Shown one piece after another: positions 1 to 8,008 of a DNA stretch of 21,374 nt. The position numbers and the translations under genes were made by a program. The stretch's first letter is position 1, and each line of letters begins with the position of its first letter. This DNA is from Pseudomonadota bacterium (GTDB taxonomy: Bacteria; Bdellovibrionota_B; Oligoflexia; Oligoflexales; CAIYRB01). Under the pieces are notes generated by a model. It saw nothing but the letters and a program-made list of their open reading frames with translations. It did not search any database and was not told the origin of the DNA. Location of the stretch: assembly GCA_031416315.1 (NCBI GenBank), contig JANOTL010000217.1, forward strand, positions 1 to 21,374, given 5' to 3'.

Positions 1-2
1 CG

Positions 3-2612
3 AACGGCGTCACTGGCGCAATGGGCGTGACGGGACCAACCGGCCCTTCGGGCGCCGATGGAACGAACGGAACGAACGGCGCGAACGGCGCAAACGGCGT
101 GACCGGTGCAACCGGCGTAACGGGACCAACCGGACCTTCGGGCGCCGATGGAACGAACGGAACGAACGGAACGAACGGAACGAACGGAACGAACGGCGCG
201 AACGGCGCAACGGGCGTGACGGGACCCACCGGACCTTCGGGCGCCGAAGGACCGAACGGAACGAACTGCGCGAACGTCGTCACAGGCGCAAAGGGCGTGA
301 CGGGACCAACCGGACCTTCGGGCGCCGATGGAACGAACGGAACGAACGGCGCGAACGGTGTCACCGGCGCAACGGGCGTGACGGGACCAACCGGACCTTC
401 GGGCGCAGATGGAACGAACGGAACGAACGGCGCGAACGGCGTCACCGGCGCAACGGGCGTAACGGGACCAACCGGACCTTCGGGCGCCGATGGAACGAAC
501 GGCGCGAACGGCGTCACTGGCGCAATGGGCGTGACGGGACCAACCGGACCTTCGGGCGCCGATGGTACGAACGGAGCGAACGGCGTGACCGGCGCAACGG
601 GCGTAACGGGACCCACCGGACCCACTGGTCTGACCGGCGCGATCGGCGTGACGGGCGCAATCGGCGTGACGGGACCCACCGGACCCACTGGTCTGACCGG
701 CGCGATCGGCGTGACGGGCGCAATCGGCGTGACGGGACCAACCGGACCTTCGGGCGCCGATGGTACGAACGGCACAAACGGAGCCATCGGCGTCACCGGC
801 GCAACCGGTCCGACGGGCGCCATCGGCACGACCGGCCTCACGGGCGCGACCGGCCCGACGGGCGCGACGGGCGCCACCGGCCCGAGCGACTGGAGCGCCC
901 CCGGAACCATTGGATCGACCACCCCAAGCGCTGCTAACTTCACGGTCGTGACGTCCGCAACCGAGTCCCGTCACCTCGAGCTCGGCGTCAACGGCGCACA
1001 GTACGTCGGATTCAAAGCGCCGGACGCGATCACGACCTCGGTCGTGTGGAAACTGCCGAGCGCCGATGGCACCAGCGGCCAAGTGCTGACGACGAACGGT
1101 ACCCGCGATCTCGCGTGGGGCGACATCGCCGCGACGAGCATTGCCAACGACACCGTCTCCAGCGCGAAGATCGCTGACGGCACCGTCGGCACGCTCGACC
1201 TCGCCGATAGCGCCATCACGACCGGGAAGCTCGCCGACGGCACCATCGCCACGGTGGACCTCGCCGACAGCGCCATCACGACTGCAAAGCTCGCCGACGG
1301 CACCATCGCCACCGCTGACCTCGCCGACAGCGCCATCACGACCGGCAAGATCGCCGACGGCACCATCGCCACGGCCGACCTTGCCGACAGCGCCATCACG
1401 ACTGGCAAGATCGCCGACGCCACCATCGCCACGGCCGACCTCGCCGACAGCGCCATCACGACCGGCAAGATCGCCGACGCCACCATCGCCACGGCCGACG
1501 TTGCCGACAGCGCTATCACGACCGGCAAGATCGCCGACGCCACCATCGCCACGGCCGACCTCGCCGACAGCGCGATCACGACCGCGAAGATCGCCGACGA
1601 CACCATCGGCAATGCGGACATCGCCTCCGCCGCCGCCATCGCCAGAACGAAGTTGGCGAGCGGGACCGCCAGCCATGTCCTTGTCAACGACGGCTCGGGC
1701 GTCTTGTCCAGCGAAGCTCAGCTCGCCCTCAGCCGAGGCGGCACCGGAGCGGCCTCGCTGACGACGAACGGCGTCATCCTCGGCGGTGCGTCGAGCCTGG
1801 CTGCGACCTCGGCCGGCACGGCGAACCAAGTTCTGAGAGTCCCGGGCGCAGGTGGTGCCCCGGCGTTCGGCGCCATCGATCTCGCTTCGACCGCAGCCGT
1901 GACCGGAGCCCTGCCGTTCGCGTCCGTGCCGGATCCCAAGCTCGGATACTGGTTTCATGACGAGTTTTTGCTTGGAACGATGGGTGCCACCGCGACGGGC
2001 GGTAACGGCATGAGCGGTTGGCAGTACTCGTTTAACACGGCGACCGTTGCCCCGGTATCTGCGACCTCGTCGACGCGCCCCGGTCTCGCCCGCTTTAGCG
2101 GTGGTGCCGCAAACACCCGCTACGCCTCTCTTGCCATGGGAACGACCGCCGCTCCCACTGTGCTCATTGATGCCAACTCAGGGACCATCACCATCGAATT
2201 CGCAGCGTCTGTCGCCGGGACCGCCGGCGCCGACATGAGAGCCGGTCTCTGCGCCACCGTCAGCGCTGCGGGAACGTGTACGAACGGCGTCTACTTCCTC
2301 CTGACGAGCGCCGCGACCAATACCAGCGTCAAGGCCGAGGTCATGAGCGGAGGGACCGCCTACGGCCCTGCCGCAAACACCGGAACCTACGCTGCAGCGA
2401 CGTTTCACACCTACAAGATCATAATCACGAACGCCTCGGAGGCCGCCTACTACGTCAATGGCACGTTGCTTACGACCATAACGACTGCCACTCCGGCGAC
2501 GTTCCCGACGCTCGGCATGTCGCCGACGCTGAAGTACTCATACGTGACGGCGTCCCAAAACATCGACGTCGACTACTTCGACTATCGCCAGGCATTTAAC
2601 TCGGCCCGCTGA
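3..2612 (+). CDS. Collagen-like / tail-fibre-like surface fibre protein (5'-partial): G-X-Y stalk, fibre modules, decapeptide repeats, C-terminal ConA/LamG-like beta-sandwich
   Basis: The frame is open from base 3 (NGVTGA precedes the Met at 21), so the true start lies upstream. G-X-Y register runs 6-887. Fibre-type motif [37 protein letters not shown] repeats, LSRGGTGA, and a C-terminal domain with FHTYKI..YYVNG..IDVDYF. Stop TGA at 2610-2612. Confidence 0.85.
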   Translation, partial: NGVTGAMGVTGPTGPSGADGTNGTNGANGANGVTGATGVTGPTGPSGADGTNGTNGTNGTNGTNGANGATGVTGPTGPSGAEGPNGTNCANVVTGAKGVTGPTGPSGADGTNGTNGANGVTGATGVTGPTGPSGADGTNGTNGANGVTGATGVTGPTGPSGADGTNGANGVTGAMGVTGPTGPSGADGTNGANGVTGATGVTGPTGPTGLTGAIGVTGAIGVTGPTGPTGLTGAIGVTGAIGVTGPTGPSGADGTNGTNGAIGVTGATGPTGAIGTTGLTGATGPTGATGATGPSDWSAPGTIGSTTPSAANFTVVTSATESRHLELGVNGAQYVGFKAPDAITTSVVWKLPSADGTSGQVLTTNGTRDLAWGDIAATSIANDTVSSAKIADGTVGTLDLADSAITTGKLADGTIATVDLADSAITTAKLADGTIATADLADSAITTGKIADGTIATADLADSAITTGKIADATIATADLADSAITTGKIADATIATADVADSAITTGKIADATIATADLADSAITTAKIADDTIGNADIASAAAIARTKLASGTASHVLVNDGSGVLSSEAQLALSRGGTGAASLTTNGVILGGASSLAATSAGTANQVLRVPGAGGAPAFGAIDLASTAAVTGALPFASVPDPKLGYWFHDEFLLGTMGATATGGNGMSGWQYSFNTATVAPVSATSSTRPGLARFSGGAANTRYASLAMGTTAAPTVLIDANSGTITIEFAASVAGTAGADMRAGLCATVSAAGTCTNGVYFLLTSAATNTSVKAEVMSGGTAYGPAANTGTYAAATFHTYKIIITNASEAAYYVNGTLLTTITTATPATFPTLGMSPTLKYSYVTASQNIDVDYFDYRQAFNSAR
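6..887 (+). repeat. Collagen-coding tandem repeat: 98 triplet positions built from [18 protein letters not shown](GTN)n(GAN)n units, with nested 9-nt GGAACGAAC arrays
   Basis: Near-identical DNA units seen directly. GGAACGAAC occurs five times in tandem at 150-194 and once or twice in other units. Confidence 0.95.
1141..1620 (+). repeat. Eight tandem 60-nt (20-aa; 2x10-aa) repeats, consensus [20 protein letters not shown]
   Basis: Consecutive 60-base lines 1201-1620 align almost perfectly. The unit at 1141 is more diverged. Confidence 0.95.
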
Positions 2613-2648
2613 TCGATGCGTCGACTCCGTCGAACGCCGGCCGCGGCG

Positions 2649-4241
2649 CTACCAGACGACCGCGAGCCCGAAACCAGCGTAAGTCATGACGTAGCTGACC
2701 TGGAATCCCGAAGTGCGGATCTCCACGTCCTCGCGTTGCAAGACGCCACCCTGATTCCCCGTGATCGCCATGCTCTCGCGCAAGACGAAAGCGAGCGGCG
2801 AGAGGAAGGTCAAAGACCTCCTACCGCCGAGCTTCTTTGCATTGAAGACCGCGTCGAGGCCGAGCCGAGTGCCAACGACGCTGTTCGCGACTTTGTTCTC
2901 GCCGCCGAGCGTCGCGTCGCGGCTCGCCCAGCCGCGCACGACGAACCAAGGGCCCGAGAACTCGGCGCCCGCCTCGAGGCCTGCGCCCCAAGCGCGGTGG
3001 AGTCGCACGGGGACCGTATAAGTTTTGCCCGCTTCGATCGGGTCCGCGAGGACGATCGTCGATTCGACGTTCCAAAGGCCGGCCTTCGGGGTGAGGTCGA
3101 CGTGGTCCAAGATCGCGGGCATTTTGAGCCGAAACGACCACCCTAGCTGCAGGCGTCGGACGCCGAACGCGAGCTGGGTTCGATCGTTGCGCAAGGTAGG
3201 AATGATCTCGTAGCGTGCCTGCAATCCGTCGAGAACGCCCCACCGCGATTCGGCGACCGCGCTGACGAGCGTCGCCGCGCGCCCGAACTGAACCTCGCTC
3301 CCCTGAACATCCACGCCGTAACGCACGCCGACGACGAAGGGCGCGACAAAGGTAGACGTGACGTAGTTGGTCAAGGTCGCACCCGCGCCGTCGAAGCGGT
3401 CGAGTGCGTAAGAGTCGACAGATTCGATCGCGCTGCGATAGGCGGCCAGCGCGCACGACTCCAAGCCCTTGCGCACGCCCGGCGCGTCGTCCGAAACGAT
3501 CAGCATAGCGCCCGCAGCCAAGCCCGCACGCGGTTCCGAAAACTTCCAGGTCTCGCCTTTGGGATCGGCCTTGAGGTCGCCGCGGGCGACCGGTGCCCCG
3601 TTCACCTCGGCGGCGATCGCCACCTGCCGGGGCGGTACCGGGGTTTGGAGGCAAGCCTCGAACGCCTCGGAACGCACCGGGCGCGAGCGCGCCGCGAATT
3701 CCTGCGGCTGCAGACGGCCGGCCGCGGGTAAGGAAAAGAGGATCGTTCCGGCGAGCAGACGCACGTGTGCGTCGTCCTGCATGAACGTCTCGACCCACTG
3801 CGGCGGGGTCAGGCGTAGATCGTAGACCGGCTCGAGCGGCCCGATCGCCGCGCGGTCCTGGCCACCGGAGGTCTGGAGGACCGCGATCGAGAAGTCACGC
3901 GCTGAGGGCGTCAGCGCTACGAGCCAGGTGCTGGCGCCAGCCTTCCCCGCGATGAGGCGGCCTTCGATGTAGCAGCCGTAGCTTCGAAACGCGCCGAGGC
4001 CCCAGAGCCCGCCGCCGGCGACGAGGCTCTCGCCGAGCCGGGAGCAAGCCTCGGTCATTCCGGAGTCGCTCCAGGTCGCCGGCGCCGCGCCCGCCCAAGA
4101 AAGGGTGACGTGCGCCAGGCTCGAGCCGTCGCGGAGCGGCTCGGCGCGCGACGGCGAGGCCCCGCCGAAGAGCGCGGAGCTCACGAGACTCGCCGCGAAA
4201 AGGCGGCGAATTGGGCGAATGTTCCAAATGGGGGTGCGCAT
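2649..4241 (-). CDS. Secreted hypothetical protein, probable C-terminal outer-membrane beta-barrel
   Basis: 530-aa ORF with a signal peptide (RRLFAASLVSSALFGGASPSRA-E). The C-terminal ~230 aa are amphipathic strands (VVGVRYG, LQLGWSF, AGLEAGAEF, LGLDAVF) and end YAGFGLAVVW with a terminal aromatic residue. Confidence 0.75.
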   Translation of the reverse strand: MRTPIWNIRPIRRLFAASLVSSALFGGASPSRAEPLRDGSSLAHVTLSWAGAAPATWSDSGMTEACSRLGESLVAGGGLWGLGAFRSYGCYIEGRLIAGKAGASTWLVALTPSARDFSIAVLQTSGGQDRAAIGPLEPVYDLRLTPPQWVETFMQDDAHVRLLAGTILFSLPAAGRLQPQEFAARSRPVRSEAFEACLQTPVPPRQVAIAAEVNGAPVARGDLKADPKGETWKFSEPRAGLAAGAMLIVSDDAPGVRKGLESCALAAYRSAIESVDSYALDRFDGAGATLTNYVTSTFVAPFVVGVRYGVDVQGSEVQFGRAATLVSAVAESRWGVLDGLQARYEIIPTLRNDRTQLAFGVRRLQLGWSFRLKMPAILDHVDLTPKAGLWNVESTIVLADPIEAGKTYTVPVRLHRAWGAGLEAGAEFSGPWFVVRGWASRDATLGGENKVANSVVGTRLGLDAVFNAKKLGGRRSLTFLSPLAFVLRESMAITGNQGGVLQREDVEIRTSGFQVSYVMTYAGFGLAVVW

Positions 4242-4321
4242 GTGGCGACGGCCTCTAGAGCCGGGAAGCTGGCGGAGATATCCCTATTCTAAAGCATTTT
4301 CGGCGAGAACCCGAATCATGG

Positions 4322-5305
4322 GTGAGGTCTCTCGTCTTGCGCCAACTCTTCCTGCCCGTCCGTACCGTCGCCAGAGCTCACCCGACTTACGTCGTGGTCG
4401 CGCTCGCGCTCGTCGCGTCCGCATGCGTCGTCCGTAGTGACGAGCGCGCCGCGTTACCCGCAGCAGCCGCGGAATCTTGGATCGACGCCGGGGTCGGCAG
4501 CGGCGACGTTCCCCATGAGCCGGCCTTTCGCGAGCGCGCCACGAATCTGTTTTGGTCCGCAGGGCTTGGGCCGGACGCGGACGACGGCGAGCCTGCGCCG
4601 CGCGAGGCAAGCTGGGCCGAAGCCGACGCTCATTGCCGCTCGGTGCAGAGCTTCGCCGGCAGCTCGGCTTGGCGTCTTCCGACGGCCGACGAAGTGCGTC
4701 GCGCCACGGTCGACAATTCCGGACGCTATCGCGTCGACGGCCTCGCGTACGTGCTGGATGCAGAGCCGCGCGTTGGAGCGTGGACGCGCTTCACCTACCT
4801 CTGGACGAGCGACGGCGGAACTTCTGCTGCGACGCGCACCGCCCTTTTGCGCGCCGGGACGAGCTTGGAGCAAGTGTCGCTACGCGCCGACCGTCAAGTC
4901 TCGTGGTTGTGCGTGAGTGAAGGCGGCGCAGACGCGTCGATCGCCGATCTCGAAGGCTCGGCGACACGGCGTGAAGCCTTGATCCGCGCGACCGCGCATG
5001 TCGTGTCGAGCAGCGCGATCGGCGCGGACGGTCAGCTTGCGTTGCCTGATTTAAAGAGTGCTGATCGTCGCGAAATTCTGCGCAGCTACGTCGGCGCCGT
5101 GCGCCTCGTCGTCGGAACGCGTGCGTCTCTCGTCTGGACGGTCGCCGGGCGCGATGCCGATGACGTCCTGGCCGAGGTCCTCGAACTCGACGTCGGGACC
5201 CGGACGGGGGCCCAAAGGGAGGCTTGCACCGGTCCGAAATGCGCCGCATCCGCATTTTCGCAGATTTTTTTCGCCCTCGACCACCCCCGCAAGACCTCAA
5301 GGTGA
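4322..5305 (+). CDS. DUF1566/Lcl-type (C-type-lectin-like fold) domain protein, possible lipoprotein
   Basis: ERATNLFWS...SWAEADAHC...AWRLPTADEV...YLWTS...SWLCV matches the DUF1566 pattern. A hydrophobic stretch ends in VASA-C. GTG start is uncertain. Confidence 0.75.
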   Translation: MRSLVLRQLFLPVRTVARAHPTYVVVALALVASACVVRSDERAALPAAAAESWIDAGVGSGDVPHEPAFRERATNLFWSAGLGPDADDGEPAPREASWAEADAHCRSVQSFAGSSAWRLPTADEVRRATVDNSGRYRVDGLAYVLDAEPRVGAWTRFTYLWTSDGGTSAATRTALLRAGTSLEQVSLRADRQVSWLCVSEGGADASIADLEGSATRREALIRATAHVVSSSAIGADGQLALPDLKSADRREILRSYVGAVRLVVGTRASLVWTVAGRDADDVLAEVLELDVGTRTGAQREACTGPKCAASAFSQIFFALDHPRKTSR

Positions 5306-5411
5306 CGGGCGCGCTTTTTGCCGGATCGCCCAAATGCGGTCCGAGGCCGCGGTAAACGTTCCGCTCAGGAATTCTCCTTAAGATCCCGATTCCGGTAAGG
5401 AACATCGAGGA

Positions 5412-7292
5412 TTGATCTTGAGCTTTCGGACGCTGAAAATTTTGTTGCTCGTCATGGTCTCCCTGACCTTGTCGTCGACATCGGCCGTGCCCCCCGCGCG
5501 CGGACCAGCAATCCCGGCCGAGCGCAAAGTCTTGATCAAGAGCTACTACGAGATGCTCGTGCGCGACATCGTGCGCAACGAGATGGTCGGCGTGCTTCAC
5601 GGTGAGGAGGTCGAGGTGTGGGTGCAAACGCACTTCGACGAGCAGCGTTTTGCAGCTGACGTCGAGAGCGCGCGCGCGAAAATGGGCGATCTTCGCAAAC
5701 TAAGCGTCGCGCAACAAATCGAAGCGCAAAAGAAGCTGCTTCAGCAGCTCACGGCCGTCAAAGGCAAAGGCGCTCCCACCGACGGCGGCGCGACGGTGGA
5801 AGGCGGCGTCAACGCCCAAGCCGTGAAATCGTTCCCGAAGTTCGGCAAGCTCAACATCGATCTCGATTACGGGGTCGCGGCCGAGCTCGCCGAGCTGGAG
5901 CGCAAAAGGCGGCGTGCGACGAGCGAGGGCGACCGTCCTATCGTCGTCGTCGCCCCCGAGGCGGCAGTCTCGTCCGCCGACGGGCGCAATTCCTATGAAG
6001 GTGCGGCGGGTGACGTGTACGACGCTGAGGTCTACCTCGACGCCGTCGACGTGACGATTGCGATGCCGGCGGCACTCGTCGAGACGAAGGCCGAGCTCAT
6101 CCGCGAGCGTCTCTCGGCGCAGGCGGAGCTAGCGGCCTTGGACGCCATCGGACACTTTACGATTCGCATTGTGAGTCAGGTGGCAGCGCTGGATCCACGG
6201 GCGTCCGCGCTTAGTACTTCCATAGCTGCGATCGAGGCCCCCGTCGCTGCGGTGGAGGCGCCCGTTGCGAAGGTCGAGGCGCCCGTCACTGCGTTGGAGG
6301 CGCCCAGCGCCGTCTCGGTGCTCCCGCTCGTTTCCGTCACCGGCACTAAGCCGACGCCGACGCCGGCACCATCTGCCGTTGAGCCCCTTACCGTCCCATC
6401 GACCACGGGAGACCGCAGCCCGCTCCCTTCGGCGCTTCCTTCCGCCGAAGCCGCACCCTTTGGGCTCGCCACGAGCATCTGGGTCGCAGCCTTGGTTCTC
6501 GGCATCTTCCTCTTCCTTGCCGCGGCGATGATCTGGCACGGCTTGATGCGAGCGACACGCAAGGTCGAAGGTCAGAGCCCCGTCGCATCGGGCCTAGCCC
6601 CGACTTTGCGAGAGGCAATCGCAGACGACGGTCCGCGCGTCGAGGATCAAGTGACGACGGACCCCGATCATCCGCGTTATTCGGACGACACGATCTTGAG
6701 CTACGCGCGTCATGCCTCGCCGCACGAGATCTCCCATTTGGTCGCGATCCTGCCGCCGGCGAAGTTGGCGAAGGTGCTGCGCGCCTTGCCGCTGGAAACG
6801 GCCTGTCGGGCTTTGCAGTTGGCCGACGTCGCCATGGATTCCCCGGCTTCGAGGCTCGCGCTCGCCATCGAGTTGCGCGCGAGCGCCGGGTTCAACGATG
6901 CTTGGATCGACGTCATGCGGCTCCGATACGGATCTGCGCTTCTAGGTGAGCTCGTGTGCGCACGTGTCCTTCCGCAAGAGCTTCGGTTCGTGTCGAGCGA
7001 AATCTGGGAGGCTGTCTTGCCGGGTCTCCCCGACGAGGTGGTCGCGCACTTGCTACTCTCGAGCGATGACCGCCTGCGCCGTAGCGTCGAGATCGTACTG
7101 CCGCCTAAACGTGCGCGCCGCGTTCGGTCGACAGCAGTGGCGGCTTTGTCCGCCGAAACACGCGAGATCGCGCTCGATGCCGCGGGCGCGGCCGTGACTT
7201 TGCACGTCTCGCGCCACGAAGCGTCTCGCCGGGCGCTCGTCGCCGCGATGCAGGGCGAGCCCGTGCCACGGACGCTGCCGTCCGCAGGCTGA
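5412..7292 (+). CDS. Membrane protein with periplasmic FliF-RBM3-like region, Pro/Ala linker, TM helix and cytoplasmic FliG middle/C-terminal-like region
   Basis: 626-aa ORF with an N-terminal signal/anchor and TM IWVAALVLGIFLFLAAAMIW. ISHLVAILPPAKLAKVLRALP and LPDEVVAHLLLSSDDRLRRSVEIVLPPKRA resemble FliG armadillo motifs. The start may be TTG 5418 (GAGG at 5407-5410). The CDS is secure; the domain call is tentative. Confidence 0.6.
   Translation: MILSFRTLKILLLVMVSLTLSSTSAVPPARGPAIPAERKVLIKSYYEMLVRDIVRNEMVGVLHGEEVEVWVQTHFDEQRFAADVESARAKMGDLRKLSVAQQIEAQKKLLQQLTAVKGKGAPTDGGATVEGGVNAQAVKSFPKFGKLNIDLDYGVAAELAELERKRRRATSEGDRPIVVVAPEAAVSSADGRNSYEGAAGDVYDAEVYLDAVDVTIAMPAALVETKAELIRERLSAQAELAALDAIGHFTIRIVSQVAALDPRASALSTSIAAIEAPVAAVEAPVAKVEAPVTALEAPSAVSVLPLVSVTGTKPTPTPAPSAVEPLTVPSTTGDRSPLPSALPSAEAAPFGLATSIWVAALVLGIFLFLAAAMIWHGLMRATRKVEGQSPVASGLAPTLREAIADDGPRVEDQVTTDPDHPRYSDDTILSYARHASPHEISHLVAILPPAKLAKVLRALPLETACRALQLADVAMDSPASRLALAIELRASAGFNDAWIDVMRLRYGSALLGELVCARVLPQELRFVSSEIWEAVLPGLPDEVVAHLLLSSDDRLRRSVEIVLPPKRARRVRSTAVAALSAETREIALDAAGAAVTLHVSRHEASRRALVAAMQGEPVPRTLPSAG
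6231..6314 (+). repeat. Four 21-nt (7-aa) tandem repeats IEAPVAA/VEAPVAK/VEAPVTA/LEAPSAV in the periplasmic linker
   Basis: Units start at 6231, 6252, 6273 and 6294 and share GAGGC(G/C)CCC. Confidence 0.85.
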
Positions 7293-7294
7293 GC

Positions 7295-7888
7295 TCAGCG
7301 ATTGCGCGCGCCCGTCTCGAGTCGAGCTTCGATCAAGGTCAGCATGCCGCGTGCTTCGTCGTTGTCCGGCTCGAGTTCGATGACGCGAGCCCACGCGGCG
7401 CGGGCTTGAGCCATCTTGTCCGTCAGGTAGTAGACGGTGCCTTCGAGCTCGTACGCGCTCGCGACGTTCTCGCTCGCGCGGCGGATCTCGGCGGCGACTT
7501 TCATCGTCTCCTCGAAACGACGCTGCAAGAGAAGGCGCTGGCCCTTGAGCACTAGCCGAACATAGCGGTTGATTTCGGCGTAGTTGGCGGCGTCGGCGGC
7601 GAGCGCTGCGCGAATCGCCAGGTCTCCGCCCGTCTCCGGTACGAGGAAAGACTCGCTGCGGAACCCTTGCTTCCGGACGACGAGCCGCTTCGGCGCCGTG
7701 CCGGCCAGATCGCTCAAGGCGGTACCGGTCGTCTTGAACGGCGTATAGCCGAGCACGCGCGGCACGTCGTCGCCTTCGACCTCGAGCGCGATCTCGGCGC
7801 CGGCCGGGCTCGACTCCACTGCGATCGTCGGAGAGCAAGCCGTTGCCAGCGTTGCTAGGGTCGAGAAGGCTAGGATCGAAGCGCGCAT
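7295..7888 (-). CDS. PEGA-like + TPR lipoprotein
   Basis: MRASILAFSTLATLATA-C lipobox. VESSPAGAEI..LGYTP..LVVRKQGF is PEGA-like. AYELEGTVYYL..ARAAWARVIELEPDN is a TPR. ATG 7888 was chosen from the signal peptide; GTG at 7900 is an alternative. Confidence 0.8.
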   Translation of the reverse strand: MRASILAFSTLATLATACSPTIAVESSPAGAEIALEVEGDDVPRVLGYTPFKTTGTALSDLAGTAPKRLVVRKQGFRSESFLVPETGGDLAIRAALAADAANYAEINRYVRLVLKGQRLLLQRRFEETMKVAAEIRRASENVASAYELEGTVYYLTDKMAQARAAWARVIELEPDNDEARGMLTLIEARLETGARNR

Positions 7889-8008
7889 GCGAGCTTTCAC
7901 GAGGGGAGGTGTCCTCCTATTATGTGCCATTTTTGTTCCGCCCGCCGTCCGCCGGAACGCCGTGGAACAGAAAAACAACAATTTCATCTTTAATTCAAGC
8001 TAGTTACC

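Noticed and set aside
1141..1620. Regular 60-nt array as a CRISPR array
   Set aside because: No unique spacers. The repeats are in-frame coding units with mostly synonymous variation, and no cas genes are present.
2613..2648. Terminator between the convergent fibre and barrel genes
   Set aside because: Only short GC palindromes, with no U-tract on either strand.
4322..5305. Diversity-generating retroelement target (DUF1566/CLec fold)
   Set aside because: No reverse transcriptase and no template repeat differing at adenines was seen in the window, and the domain is not C-terminal.
5412..7292. Calling this gene canonical fliF or fliG
   Set aside because: The architecture matches neither alone, similarity is remote, and no other flagellar genes are present, so no symbol was assigned.
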